This document shows positions 10,389-20,574 of a stretch of DNA of 64,000 bases, piece after piece (the first letter of the stretch is position 1; the number at the start of each line of letters is the position of its first letter). Location: contig OZ250173.1 of the NCBI GenBank assembly GCA_965238075.1, forward strand, positions 928,001-992,000, read 5' to 3'. The DNA comes from Candidatus Entotheonellaceae bacterium. Its GTDB lineage: Bacteria; Tectomicrobia; Entotheonellia; Entotheonellales; Entotheonellaceae. A program made the position numbers and the translations under genes. Below the pieces are notes generated by a model. That model was given only the letters and a program-made list of their open reading frames with translations, was not told the DNA's origin and did not search any database.

Positions 10389-11021
10389 ATGGACACCAAG
10401 GAGCAAGAAACGGCGCCCGAATCCCAGGCCGAGGAAACCGCGGGCGCCGAAGAAGTAAACGACCAGGCGAGGGTGGCAACGGCAGAAGCCCAGAATGAGG
10501 AGGAGGTTCCCGAAGCTGAGGTTGAACCGGAACCCGAATCACTGGAAGACCAACTGGCCCGCCAACAGGCGGAAGCGGATTCCTACCGCGACCACCTGCA
10601 GCGGCTGCAAGCCGAGTTCCAGAACTACCGCCGACGGGTCACGCAGGAGAAGTTGCAGGCTGCCAGCCGCGGCAAGGCCGACCTCCTGCAAACGCTGCTG
10701 CCCATCCTGGCCAACATGCATCTGGCCCTGCAGCACGCCGACCAGGACGCCGACGCCGTCCGGCAGGGCGTTCAGATGATCTGGCAACAGTTCGAAGGGT
10801 TCCTGCGCGACCAGGGGGTCGAGCCGGTCGCCACCATCGGCGAGCGTTTCGACCCGGCGCATCATGACGTGCTGTCCACCGTTCCCGCCACCGACGATCA
10901 TCCCCCCGATACCATCGTCTCCGAAATCAAGGCCGGCTACTTGTTTGAAGGGCGGTTGCTCAGCCCCGCTCAAGTCATCGTGGCACGCGCCGCGGAAACC
11001 GACAGCGCGGATGCACTTTGA
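10389..11021 (+). CDS. grpE: Nucleotide exchange factor GrpE
   Basis: RLQAEFQNYRRR, GERFDPAHH, GYLFEGRLLSPAQVIV; follows dnaK. Confidence 0.95.
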   Translation: MDTKEQETAPESQAEETAGAEEVNDQARVATAEAQNEEEVPEAEVEPEPESLEDQLARQQAEADSYRDHLQRLQAEFQNYRRRVTQEKLQAASRGKADLLQTLLPILANMHLALQHADQDADAVRQGVQMIWQQFEGFLRDQGVEPVATIGERFDPAHHDVLSTVPATDDHPPDTIVSEIKAGYLFEGRLLSPAQVIVARAAETDSADAL

Positions 11022-11253
11022 AATCATTGGCGATATATCGACATTGAAACCATCGCCGTTGGGCTTCTATACGTGACGCTGCGCGCTTGCATAAGCAATA
11101 TGGACGAGGGCGCTGGCGTAAACTGAAAGGCATTGCCTCGGTGCGCCTGGCCAATGGGCAGATACGCCGTGCCGAGGTGCATTGGTATGAAGCCCATGGT
11201 ATTGCAGGAAGAAGCGGAAACGATGCGTGGATGACGACTATGCAGCAAACTAA
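11011..11253 (+). pseudogene. Frameshifted small basic protein, toxin-like (WRKLKG...AEVHWYEAHGI)
   Basis: Reads through if single G bases are restored near 11040, 11062 and 11204; 3' end approximate. Confidence 0.65.
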
Positions 11254-11472
11254 CCAACCACAACCGCAATTCGCGGTCTGTATCGACAACACGGGATACC
11301 CCGCATCCTTGGAATGCTACAAATTTATCGCGTGCTGCCGCATGAAGAAGCCGCCCGTAGCGGCGATATACGAATGACCGACGAGAGCGGGGAGGATTAC
11401 CTCTACCGTGCAACCTGCTTCGTGACGATTGAGGTGTCGCAGGAAGTCAACGCCATCCTGCAGGTCTCGTAG
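11240..11472 (+). pseudogene. Frameshifted small protein, antitoxin/immunity-like (FAVCIDNTGYPASLE...DESGEDYLY)
   Basis: Reads through to TAG 11470-11472 if one A is restored at 11321-11323. Confidence 0.65.
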
Positions 11473-11543
11473 GATGGAGACACTTCCTCCCCGAATCCAA
11501 TCATCCCGGTTCTGGAACCTGCCCGATGTTCCCGCGCGCCCTA

Positions 11544-12878
11544 CTACACGGTATCAGAGAAAACCCGTTCGGCCTGCCGGGCGATACGTTGACCCTCCGG
11601 GACGTTGACAAACGCGAGCAGGCCGCCGCCGACAAGAAAAAAGGTGATCACGGCGAGGATGGCGTTGCGGCTGGAGCCGGTGAGGGCGATGGTGCCGGCG
11701 AAAATGGCGGGGCCGAGGATGCCGGCGAACTTTTCGAAGACGGCAAAGAAGGCGAAGAACTCGGTCGAGCGGTGGCGCGGAATCATACTAGCGAACAGCG
11801 AGCGGGAAAGCGCCTGGCAGCCGCCTTGCACCATACCGACCAGAACGGCCAGGATGATGAAGTGGGCCGCTGTCTTCATGTAGTAGCCGAGCACACTGAC
11901 CCCGGCATACACTGCCAAGGCGATGAAAATGCTGCGCTTGGCGCCGATGCGCGATGCCAGCCCGCCGAACAGGAAGGCGAACGGAATGCCGACGAACTGC
12001 ACGACGAGAAAGGCGCCCATAAGCGCCCCCTGCCCGATGCCGATCTCGGTGCCGTAGACCGTCGCCATGCGGATGATGGTGCCGATGCCGTCGTTGTAGA
12101 CCAAAAAGGCGACCAGCAGCATAAGCGCCTGCGGGTAGGTGCGAAGTTCGCGCAGCGTCACCCGCATGCGGCCCAATGCACCGCGCACGGGGGAAAAGTC
12201 GCCACTTTCGCCAACCGCCAGGGCGCGCGGCGGCTCAGGGACGCGGCGAAACAGCGGCACCGAGAACAGCAACCACCACATCGCCACACTCAGAAACGCC
12301 CAGCGGCTGCCTGCCGCGGCGTCCGCCATGCCGAAGGCCGTGGGAAACTGAATCCACGCCAGATTGACCGCCAGCAGCACCCCGCCTCCCAAGTAGCCCA
12401 ACGCGTATCCCGCCGTGGACACCCGATCCATCTCATCCGCCCGTGCCACGTGCGGCAGCAGCGCGTCGTAGAAAATGAACGACCCGGATGCGCCGATGTT
12501 GGCGAGAATGAACAAGCCGGCGCCGAGCATCCACTCGCCGCGATGGATGAAGAACATCCCGCCGCTGGCCCCCACGCCCAGAATCAGAAACGCCGCCAGG
12601 AGCTTTTTCTTCATGGCAGCGAAATCGGCCAAAGCGCCCAGAAACGGCGCCAGAACCGCCACGATGGCCAGGGCGATGGTCGTCGCCGCGGCGAAGCGCG
12701 CCGTGGCCATGGGCGCCGGCATCTCGGCAGCCGCGACGGCGCTGAAATAAATCGGAAAGACCGCGCCGACCACCGTGGTCATGAAGGCCGAGTTCGCCAG
12801 GTCATACATGGCCCAGGCGCGCAGTTCGGGGCGGTCGAGGCCGAGCCGTTGCAAAACCGTGTGACGATCCGCTTGCAT
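11544..12878 (-). CDS. MFS transporter, UMF1/Atg22-like
   Basis: [41 protein letters not shown]. Confidence 0.9.
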   Translation of the reverse strand: MQADRHTVLQRLGLDRPELRAWAMYDLANSAFMTTVVGAVFPIYFSAVAAAEMPAPMATARFAAATTIALAIVAVLAPFLGALADFAAMKKKLLAAFLILGVGASGGMFFIHRGEWMLGAGLFILANIGASGSFIFYDALLPHVARADEMDRVSTAGYALGYLGGGVLLAVNLAWIQFPTAFGMADAAAGSRWAFLSVAMWWLLFSVPLFRRVPEPPRALAVGESGDFSPVRGALGRMRVTLRELRTYPQALMLLVAFLVYNDGIGTIIRMATVYGTEIGIGQGALMGAFLVVQFVGIPFAFLFGGLASRIGAKRSIFIALAVYAGVSVLGYYMKTAAHFIILAVLVGMVQGGCQALSRSLFASMIPRHRSTEFFAFFAVFEKFAGILGPAIFAGTIALTGSSRNAILAVITFFLVGGGLLAFVNVPEGQRIARQAERVFSDTV

Positions 12879-12913
12879 CTAGCCGTTTTCCCTCCCGACG
12901 ATCCGAACCCGCT

Positions 12914-13738
12914 TCAGTGGTTGTCGCCAAACGCCTCATCACGCTGCCGGGCACGGTCGGCGCCGGCGAGTGTCTGTTCCCCATCCTCGAGGCGATAGGC
13001 GCGGGTGACGGCATAGGTCTGAAACGCGCCGGTGACGCCGGTTCGGTAGCCCATTTCATCCTGCATCTGGTTGAGCGAGAACTTGGCCATGCGCAGGGCG
13101 AAGGGGTCCTGCATGGCGATACGCTGCGCCAGCGCCATGGTTTCCTGCTCCAGGTCGTCGCGCCGCACCACACGGTTGACCAGGCCCAGCCGGCAGGCCT
13201 CGTCGGCGCTGATCCAGTCGCCGGTGAACAGGTATTCCTTGGCCTTGCGCACCCCGATGTCCCACGCCAGGCTGGCGTACTGCACGTGCGCGCCGCCCCA
13301 ACGCACCGTGCGGTCGCAGAACTTGGTGTCGTCGGAGGCGATGATCAGGTCGCACGCCGAGGCCAGCATGAGGCCGCCCATGATGCAATAACCCTGTACC
13401 TGCGCAATGGTCGGCTTGGGACAATCGCGCCAGCGGAAGCCGGTGTCGATATACAGGTTCCAGGCACGCAGGTATTCCCCGGAGATGCCCGCCGGCCACG
13501 GCCGGCGCTCGCGGTCGGCGCGTTCCTGCGGGCTGCCGATGTCGTGCCCGGCGGAAAAATGCGCCCCGGCACCAGCCACGATGACCACCCGGACGGTGTC
13601 GTCCGCCATGGCGTCCATCAAGGCGCGGTCGAACTCTTCGAGCATGACGCGGCTCTGGGCATTGAGGACTTCCGGACGGTTCACGGTCAGGGTCAGCACC
13701 GCGCCGTCCTGTGCGAGTTTGAGGGTCTCGTAAGCCAT
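12914..13738 (-). CDS. Enoyl-CoA hydratase/isomerase (crotonase) family
   Basis: LTVNRPEVLNA, FSAGHDI, PKPTIAQVQG, GLVNRVV. Confidence 0.92.
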   Translation of the reverse strand: MAYETLKLAQDGAVLTLTVNRPEVLNAQSRVMLEEFDRALMDAMADDTVRVVIVAGAGAHFSAGHDIGSPQERADRERRPWPAGISGEYLRAWNLYIDTGFRWRDCPKPTIAQVQGYCIMGGLMLASACDLIIASDDTKFCDRTVRWGGAHVQYASLAWDIGVRKAKEYLFTGDWISADEACRLGLVNRVVRRDDLEQETMALAQRIAMQDPFALRMAKFSLNQMQDEMGYRTGVTGAFQTYAVTRAYRLEDGEQTLAGADRARQRDEAFGDNH

Positions 13739-14064
13739 GCTTTTCCTTTCTCACGCTGTGTCGATTCACGCCACGCCCGAGCCGCCCCGCACGGCTTCGG
13801 GCGGGCTATTGTAGTCGGCCCATCCCGGCGAAACAAACCGTCGCGAACGGCAACCCTGGGCGCCTTTTTTCAGCCTGTCGCACCCCGCCACATCGCTTGA
13901 TCTTGCCACCGACTGCGGCTACACTGCCCACCCTGCCGGACGGTTCCAGCACATCCTTAACCGACGCGCCGCAACCCGGCGCAATTCCGAGTCTGCTAGC
14001 CAAAGGCGCCCGACTGCCAGAACTCAAATCCTGCCAGCCAGAAGCGGCGCACGCGAGGGTCATT

Positions 14065-15186
14065 ATGACTGAGGCAAGCCAACAGGTCATTTCGGGGCTC
14101 GAGGGCGTTCTGGCCTTCGAGTCGAGCATCGCGTTCATCGACGGATCGATCCCCGAGTTGTTGTTTCGCGGCTACGACATTCAGGACATTGCGCAGACGC
14201 TGACATTCGAGCAGGCTACCTACCTGCTGTGGAACGACAGGCTGCCGAGCGACGACGGGCTTGCGGCGTTCAGCGCCGATCTTGCCGGCCAACGAGCCAT
14301 TCCCGAGGCCCTGATCGGCATATTGCGCGGCCTGCCGGCCTCGGCCCATCCCATGGCGGCGCTGCGTACCGTGGTATCGTGGCTCGGTGCCATGGACGCA
14401 CAGGCCGACGATAACGGTGCCGCGGACAACCAGAGAAAGGCCATGGCACTGACAGCGCAAATGCCCACCATCGTGGCGGCGCAGGCACGCCTGCAGCAGG
14501 GCCAGGAGCCGTTGGCCCCGCGCGCCGACCTCAGCCACGCCGCCAACTACTGCTACATGCTTACCGGCGAGACCCCGGACGACACCACGACCCGCACCTT
14601 CGATACCATGCTCATCCTCTACGCCGAGCACGAAACCAACGCCTCGACGTTCGCCTGCAGGGTGGTCGTGGGCACCGAGGCCGACTTGTATTCCGCGGTG
14701 GTGGCGGGTCTCGGCGCCATCAAGGGCCCGTTACACGGCGGCGCCATCGACGACGTGATGCGCATGCTGATCGACATCGGCTCGGCCGACCGCGCCGCGG
14801 CGTTCGTCGACGAGGCGCTGGCGGCGCGACGCAAGCTGCCCGGCTTCGGCCACCGCGTGTACCGCGCCGGCGATCCGCGAGCCGCCCAACTTCGCGGCAT
14901 GGCAGAGAAGCTCGGCCAGGCCGGCGGCGACGACAAGTGGTTCACCATTGCCACCGCCGCCGAGCAGCGAATGCGCGACACCAAGGGCATCATTGCCAAC
15001 GTGGACTACTTTGCGGCGCCGGTGCTGTACCACTTGGGCTTCCCGCTTAGCATCTTCACCAACGTGATCGCCAGCACGCGCATCGTCGGCTGGTCGGCGC
15101 ACATCCTGGAACAGTACGCCAACAACCGCCTGATCCGGCCGCGGGCGCTGTACGTCGGCCACCGCAACCGCAAGGTCGGGGCGTAA
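14065..15186 (+). CDS. Citrate/2-methylcitrate synthase
   Basis: GLEGV, AEHETNAST, GPLHGGA, GFGHRVY, NVDYF, RLIRPRALY. Confidence 0.92.
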   Translation: MTEASQQVISGLEGVLAFESSIAFIDGSIPELLFRGYDIQDIAQTLTFEQATYLLWNDRLPSDDGLAAFSADLAGQRAIPEALIGILRGLPASAHPMAALRTVVSWLGAMDAQADDNGAADNQRKAMALTAQMPTIVAAQARLQQGQEPLAPRADLSHAANYCYMLTGETPDDTTTRTFDTMLILYAEHETNASTFACRVVVGTEADLYSAVVAGLGAIKGPLHGGAIDDVMRMLIDIGSADRAAAFVDEALAARRKLPGFGHRVYRAGDPRAAQLRGMAEKLGQAGGDDKWFTIATAAEQRMRDTKGIIANVDYFAAPVLYHLGFPLSIFTNVIASTRIVGWSAHILEQYANNRLIRPRALYVGHRNRKVGA

Positions 15187-15201
15187 CGCGAGGTGCGCAG
15201 C

Positions 15202-16380
15202 ATGCAACACAAAATCCCGGCGGTGTTCATGCGCGGCGGTACAAGCCGCGCCGTGTTTTTCACCCAGGCGGCAATGCAGCCTTACGACGCTGCTACCCGC
15301 GACGCCATCATCCTGACGGCGCTCGGCAGCCCCGATCCGTACGGACGGCAGATCGACGGCCTCGGCGGTGGCATTTCGTCGCTCAGCAAGGCCGCCATCA
15401 TCGGGTCGTGCGACAGCCCGGAGGCCGACGTGACCTTCAACTTCGCGCAGGTGGACGTGCACAGGCCGTTCGTCGATTGGAGCGGCACCTGCGGTAACAT
15501 GTCGGCGGCGGTCGGTCCGTTTGCCATCGACGAGGGTTTGGTGCAGCCGGTCGAGCCGGTGACGCGCCTGTGGGTGCTGGCGACCAATACCGGCAAGCGC
15601 TACATCGCCCACGTTCCGGTGCGGGACGGCCGCGCGGCGGTCGAGGGCGACACCACGGTTGACGGCGTGCCGGGCACCGGCGCGGGCATCGCCCTGGAAT
15701 ACCTGGAACCGGGCGGCACCTTGGGCGGCGGCCTGCTGCCCACCGGACAGTCCCGGCAGCAGATCATCCTGACCGATGGGCGCCAAGTCAGCATTTCCAT
15801 CGTAGACGCCGCTCTGCCTATGGTATACGTGCGCGCCGAGGAATTGGGCGTCGATGCCATCTTGCTGGCGCCGCAATTGGACGCCGATACCGGGTTGCAG
15901 GCGCTCCTGGAAGAAATCCGCTGCCATGCCGCCGTGGTCCTCGGCCTAGCGGACGACCTACAGCAGGCCACCGACACGGTCAAGGCGGTACCCAAGATCG
16001 CACTCGTGGCGCCGGCGGCGGACTATACCAGCAGCGCCGGCAAGGCTATCGCCGCCGAAAGCATCGACTTGGTAGCGCGGGCCATTTCCATGCGCAACAC
16101 CCACCGCACGTTTCCCGGCACCGCCTCCATGTGCACCGCGGTGGCCGCGGCCGTGGAGGGCACGGTGGTGCACGAGGTCGCCCGCCCCGAACGCGGCGCG
16201 CGGCTGCGCCTCGGCCATCCCGCCGGGATCATGGAAATCGCCGCCCAGGTGCATCAGAAGGACGGTGTCTGGCAGGTCAAGAGCGTCACCACGCAACGCA
16301 CCGCCCGCCGCATCATGGAGGGCGCCATCCTCGTGCCGCAAAGCACCATGGCCGGCAAGCCCTGGTTCAACGCCTGCTAG
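15202..16380 (+). CDS. prpF: PrpF-family (methyl)aconitate cis-trans isomerase
   Basis: MRGGTSRA, GSPDPYGRQIDGLGGG.SSLSK, GTCGNM, GHPAG, RTARRIMEG. Confidence 0.92.
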   Translation: MQHKIPAVFMRGGTSRAVFFTQAAMQPYDAATRDAIILTALGSPDPYGRQIDGLGGGISSLSKAAIIGSCDSPEADVTFNFAQVDVHRPFVDWSGTCGNMSAAVGPFAIDEGLVQPVEPVTRLWVLATNTGKRYIAHVPVRDGRAAVEGDTTVDGVPGTGAGIALEYLEPGGTLGGGLLPTGQSRQQIILTDGRQVSISIVDAALPMVYVRAEELGVDAILLAPQLDADTGLQALLEEIRCHAAVVLGLADDLQQATDTVKAVPKIALVAPAADYTSSAGKAIAAESIDLVARAISMRNTHRTFPGTASMCTAVAAAVEGTVVHEVARPERGARLRLGHPAGIMEIAAQVHQKDGVWQVKSVTTQRTARRIMEGAILVPQSTMAGKPWFNAC

Positions 16381-16396
16381 CCGAAGGAGTTCCCGC

Positions 16397-18313
16397 ATGA
16401 ATCTCACCAGCCAATTGATCCACGCCCATCTCGTTAGCGGAGACATGACGCCGGGTTCGGAAATCTCCCTGCGCATCGATCAGACCCTGTCCCAGGACGC
16501 CACCGGCACGCTGTCATACCTGCAGTTTGAGGCCATCGGGGTGCCGCGCGTGCAGACGCAGTTGTCGGTCAGCTACGTCGATCACAACATGCTGCAGGGC
16601 GACTTCCGCAACGCCGACGATCACGTCTACCTGCAAGACGTGGCCGCCAAGTACGGCCTGCACTACTCGCGGCCCGGCAACGGCATCTGCCATCAGGTAC
16701 ACCTCGAACGCTACGCGGTGCCGGGCACCACGCTGTTGGGCACCGACAGCCATACGCCGACATGCGGCGGCATGGGCGTGCTGGCCATCGGCGCCGGCGG
16801 TCTGGACGTCGCCACTGCCATGGCGGGAAGCCCGTATTACATGCGCATGCCGAAGGTGCTGGGGGTGGAGTTACACGGCCGCCTGCAACTCGGCGTGACG
16901 GCCAAGGACGTGATTTTCGAGGTGCTGCGGCGGCTGACCGTCAAGGGCGGCGTAGGCCGGGTGCTGGAATATTACGGCCCCGGCGTGGCGCATCTCGACG
17001 TGCCGGAGCGTGCCACCATCACCAACATGGGAGCCGAGCTCGGCGCCACCACGTCGATCTTTCCGAGCGACGAGCGTACCGCGGCGTACCTCGAACGGCA
17101 GCAGCGGCTGGACGCCTTCACCCCGTTGGCGGCGGAGGATGGGGCCACGTACGACGAACATATGCGCATCGACCTCGACACCCTGGAGCCGCTGATCGCG
17201 CAGCCGTCCAGCCCGGACAACATCTGCCCAATCCGCGAGGTGCTCGGCATACCGGTCAATCAGGTGGCGGTCGGCAGTTGCACCAACTCGTCATACAGCG
17301 ACCTGATGACCATCGCCGCCATACTCAAGGGCCGCACGGTGCACCAACGGGTGAATCTGGTGGTTAGTCCGGGGTCGCGGCAAGTGCTGCAGATGATTGC
17401 CCGCAACGGCGCTCTGGCGGACCTCATCGCCGCGGGCGCGCGCATTCTGGAATCCGCCTGCGGGCCGTGCGCCGGCATGGGGCAGGTGCCGTCGTTCGAC
17501 GCCGTGTCGGTACGCTCATTCAACCGCAATTTTCCCGGTCGCTCGGGCGACCCTAACAACCGTGTGTATCTGGCCAGCCCGGCGGCTTGTGCGGCTGCAG
17601 CCCTGGCCGGCGAAATCGCCGACCCGCGCCTGGTCGCGGTCGAACCCGTCGGTCTGCCCGATGCGTACGTGATCGACGACACCGGCGTGCTGCCGCCGGC
17701 CGAAGACCCAGCGCAAATCGAGATTCGCCGCGGACCCAACATCAAGCCGCTACCCAGCCGCGGCGACCTAGAGGAAGCGCTGTCGGGCGAGGTTCTCCTG
17801 AAGCTCGGCGATAACATCTCTACCGATCACATCCTGCCCGCCGGCCCCGTGGTGCTGCCGCTGCGCTCGAACGTTCCCGCCATTGCCGAATACCTGTTTC
17901 GCTACGTCGATCCGACGTTCGTCGAGCGCGTCAAGGCGGCGGGCGGCGGTTTCATCATCGGCGGCCACAATTACGGCCAAGGCAGCTCGCGCGAGCACGC
18001 CGCCCTGTGCCCCATGTTTTTTGGCGTCAAGGCCATCATCGCCAAGTCGTTCGCCCGCATTCACCACGCCAATTTGATGAACTACGCCGTGTTGCCCCTG
18101 ACGTTCGTGGACGAAGACGACTACGACCGCCTCGACCCCGAGGATCACCTGGAAATCCCCGACGTGCGGCAGCGACTGCTGGACGGCGCCGAGCACATTC
18201 TGGTGCACAACCGCACCCAACAGCGCGTCATGGATACGTATCTGCCCCTCACCGACCGCGAACGACAGATCGTGCTGGCCGGGGGCCTGCTGCGATTTGC
18301 AGGAAAGCAGTAG
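16397..18313 (+). CDS. Aconitate hydratase, compact (about 640 aa) Aquifex-type
   Basis: QDATGT, VDHN, GICHQVH, DSHT, GSCTN, CGPCAG, STDHILP, NYGQGSSREHAAL. Confidence 0.92.
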   Translation: MNLTSQLIHAHLVSGDMTPGSEISLRIDQTLSQDATGTLSYLQFEAIGVPRVQTQLSVSYVDHNMLQGDFRNADDHVYLQDVAAKYGLHYSRPGNGICHQVHLERYAVPGTTLLGTDSHTPTCGGMGVLAIGAGGLDVATAMAGSPYYMRMPKVLGVELHGRLQLGVTAKDVIFEVLRRLTVKGGVGRVLEYYGPGVAHLDVPERATITNMGAELGATTSIFPSDERTAAYLERQQRLDAFTPLAAEDGATYDEHMRIDLDTLEPLIAQPSSPDNICPIREVLGIPVNQVAVGSCTNSSYSDLMTIAAILKGRTVHQRVNLVVSPGSRQVLQMIARNGALADLIAAGARILESACGPCAGMGQVPSFDAVSVRSFNRNFPGRSGDPNNRVYLASPAACAAAALAGEIADPRLVAVEPVGLPDAYVIDDTGVLPPAEDPAQIEIRRGPNIKPLPSRGDLEEALSGEVLLKLGDNISTDHILPAGPVVLPLRSNVPAIAEYLFRYVDPTFVERVKAAGGGFIIGGHNYGQGSSREHAALCPMFFGVKAIIAKSFARIHHANLMNYAVLPLTFVDEDDYDRLDPEDHLEIPDVRQRLLDGAEHILVHNRTQQRVMDTYLPLTDRERQIVLAGGLLRFAGKQ

Positions 18314-18321
18314 TCAGTGGC

Positions 18322-18564
18322 CAGGGCTTGTTAACGCCAAATACGCGATGGCAGAGGTTTCAGGGCTTCTTTCGTCATTCCTTATGAAAATAACCCGCGC
18401 AACGCCCCCAGATCGTCATTCCGGGCTCGACCCGGAATCCAGCGACCTTTGGGCGACCAGAAACCTTCCTTGACCCCGGCCCCGTATCAAGCACGGGGCA
18501 GGCCCTTCGCCGGAGTGACGGCATGCACCGCAACATCAATGAATGACAGCATTAACAGGCCCTG
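18322..18564. mobile_element. MITE-like non-coding element with 16-bp terminal inverted repeats and internal palindromes
   Basis: CAGGGCTTGTTAACGC (18322-18337) vs reverse complement of 18549-18564 CAGGGCCTGTTAATGC, 14 of 16 identical. Confidence 0.7.
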
Positions 18565-18619
18565 TTGCCGGCACTGACCCCTAGCCACTATTCACTGGCC
18601 ACGAAAAGGAGAGCACCGC

Positions 18620-19639
18620 ATGACCGATCTGCCCATTCTTCCCACCACCGTCGTCGGCTCGCACGGCAAGCCCGGCTGGTGGCACGCTTGCAAAGACCTG
18701 TGCGACGAGGGCACCTGGGGCCCGTACGATCTGGCGGAACTGCTCGACGACGCCACAGACGTTGCCATCCTGGACCAGGAGCGCGCCGGGGTGGACATCA
18801 TCAGCGACGGCGAATCGCGCCGCCTCGACGGTTACGTAGACGGTTATTACCTCATCATCGACGGCATCCGTGCCCTGCCCACGGCGCGCCAGGCCGGGCC
18901 CTGGGGATACGACCAGCAGACGCGCTACGAGGCCGTCGGCAAGATCAACGCCCCCACCGGGCTGGGCATCGTGCAGGAGTTCGACTACCTGAACGCCCAC
19001 ACGCACAAGCCCACCAAGGTGACCTGCGCCGGACCGCTGACCTTCGGCTCGCGCATCCGGCCCAATAATTTCTACAGCGACACGGTGGCGGTGGCCGAGG
19101 AGTTCGCGCACGTCATCAATGCCGAGCTCAAGGCGCTGGTCGACGCCGGGGCGCGTTTCATTCAGATCGACGAACCGGCGCGCGGCAACGTCAGCGGCGC
19201 CGAAATGGCCCGCCTGTTCAACCTCGCCACGGAGGGCGTGGAGGCCAAGCTGGCGTTTCACATCTGCTTCGGCAACCGCTTCGGCAGGGCGCGATTCCAG
19301 CGCTGTTACGGCAATTACTTTCCCGGCGCCCTGGAAGCGCGCGCCGATCAATTCGTGCTGGAGTACGCCAGCCGCGAAATGGCCGAGATCGAGATGTGGA
19401 AGGATTGGAACGACGGACGGGAATTGGGCGCCGGCATTATCGACGTGAAGTCGTTTCACCCGGAAACGCCGGAGGACGTGGCGGCGCGGCTGCGTCAGGT
19501 TCTCAAGTACGCCGACGCCGACAAGGTGTACATCAACCCCGACTGCGGGTTTGGCTGGAGTCCGCGCGGCATGGCGGTGGACAAGCTGCGCGCTATGGTC
19601 GCCGGCACCCGCATCGTCCGCGAGGAACTCACCCGGTAA
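18620..19639 (+). CDS. Cobalamin-independent methionine synthase family, catalytic domain only
   Basis: PTTVVGS, DIISDGE, IQIDEP, Zn ligands HICFGN, LEYA, PDCG. Confidence 0.88.
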   Translation: MTDLPILPTTVVGSHGKPGWWHACKDLCDEGTWGPYDLAELLDDATDVAILDQERAGVDIISDGESRRLDGYVDGYYLIIDGIRALPTARQAGPWGYDQQTRYEAVGKINAPTGLGIVQEFDYLNAHTHKPTKVTCAGPLTFGSRIRPNNFYSDTVAVAEEFAHVINAELKALVDAGARFIQIDEPARGNVSGAEMARLFNLATEGVEAKLAFHICFGNRFGRARFQRCYGNYFPGALEARADQFVLEYASREMAEIEMWKDWNDGRELGAGIIDVKSFHPETPEDVAARLRQVLKYADADKVYINPDCGFGWSPRGMAVDKLRAMVAGTRIVREELTR

Positions 19640-19651
19640 GGAAGGTGACCC

Positions 19652-20032
19652 ATGTACTGGCCCAAGAACAAGGTGCAGACCGTTCTGACGGTGCTTCTGA
19701 CGTTGGCGTTTCTGCTGTCGGGAATTATGAAGCTGACGGGGGCTGAACAGATCAGGCAGGGCTTCGAGAACTGGGGCTATCCGATCATCTTCATGTATTT
19801 CATCGGCCTCTGTGAGGTAGCGGGCGCCATTGGTTTATGGCTGCGGCGCTTCTCATTCGCCGCCAAAGTCTGCATCCTCCTCCTCATGGCGGGCGCAGTA
19901 CTGACGCATCTCGTCTTCGACGGGGTCGGCGAGGCCGTGGCGCCCATCATCCTGATTATCCTGACCGCTGTGGCGCTGGCGCTGCACCGCAAAGAGCGGG
20001 ACACGAATGATGACCTGATGCCCGCGGGTTAG
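19652..20032 (+). CDS. DoxX family membrane protein
   Basis: SGIMKL...F..WGYP..FMYFIGLCEVAGAIGL...MAGAVLTH. Confidence 0.85.
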   Translation: MYWPKNKVQTVLTVLLTLAFLLSGIMKLTGAEQIRQGFENWGYPIIFMYFIGLCEVAGAIGLWLRRFSFAAKVCILLLMAGAVLTHLVFDGVGEAVAPIILIILTAVALALHRKERDTNDDLMPAG

Positions 20033-20073
20033 ATCGGTCGGCAGGCCAAGCTGGTCGACTTGTTTGTCTGTCC

Positions 20074-20574
20074 CTAACCGTCCGCCTGAATTCCGAGAGT
20101 TTCACTGCGACCGGCATATTCGGGACAAAGCTGGATAACCTGTACGCCCAAATCATTTATCAGGTCGCCATTTTCGTGCCAGTCACTATCAGTAGCATTC
20201 AGAATGGGCGCTCGCGCTACTACCGCAACCGCGAGGAATTTCCTGTCAGAGGGATCAAGTTGGTTGGGTGGCAATTCTGCGAAGCCTTGGTCCTCTCCAG
20301 ATGGATTAATGGCCACCCGGGACACACGCTTCGGATTGTACCGGTAATTGAACAGGTGCTTGAAAAACATGTCACCTGTCCCAGGCCCTCCCGAGAAATT
20401 CAGGTGGTTCTGATATTCCGCAAATATAAGATCCCCTGTGTCAATCGTAACTCGATGCCGCTTGACCACTTGTTCCAATTCTGAAATGCAGGCAAGCTGG
20501 CAGTCCAGATCTGTGTGAATATCTCTACCGTTGGCAACGACAGCAACGTTACAATCCACCACAATGTCCCTCAC
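20074..20574 (-). CDS. PIN-like putative nuclease
   Basis: VVDCNV, FAEY, DPSDRKFLAVA, ATDSDW give four spaced acidic residues; GTG overlaps upstream TGA; low GC. Confidence 0.7.
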   Translation of the reverse strand: MRDIVVDCNVAVVANGRDIHTDLDCQLACISELEQVVKRHRVTIDTGDLIFAEYQNHLNFSGGPGTGDMFFKHLFNYRYNPKRVSRVAINPSGEDQGFAELPPNQLDPSDRKFLAVAVVARAPILNATDSDWHENGDLINDLGVQVIQLCPEYAGRSETLGIQADG

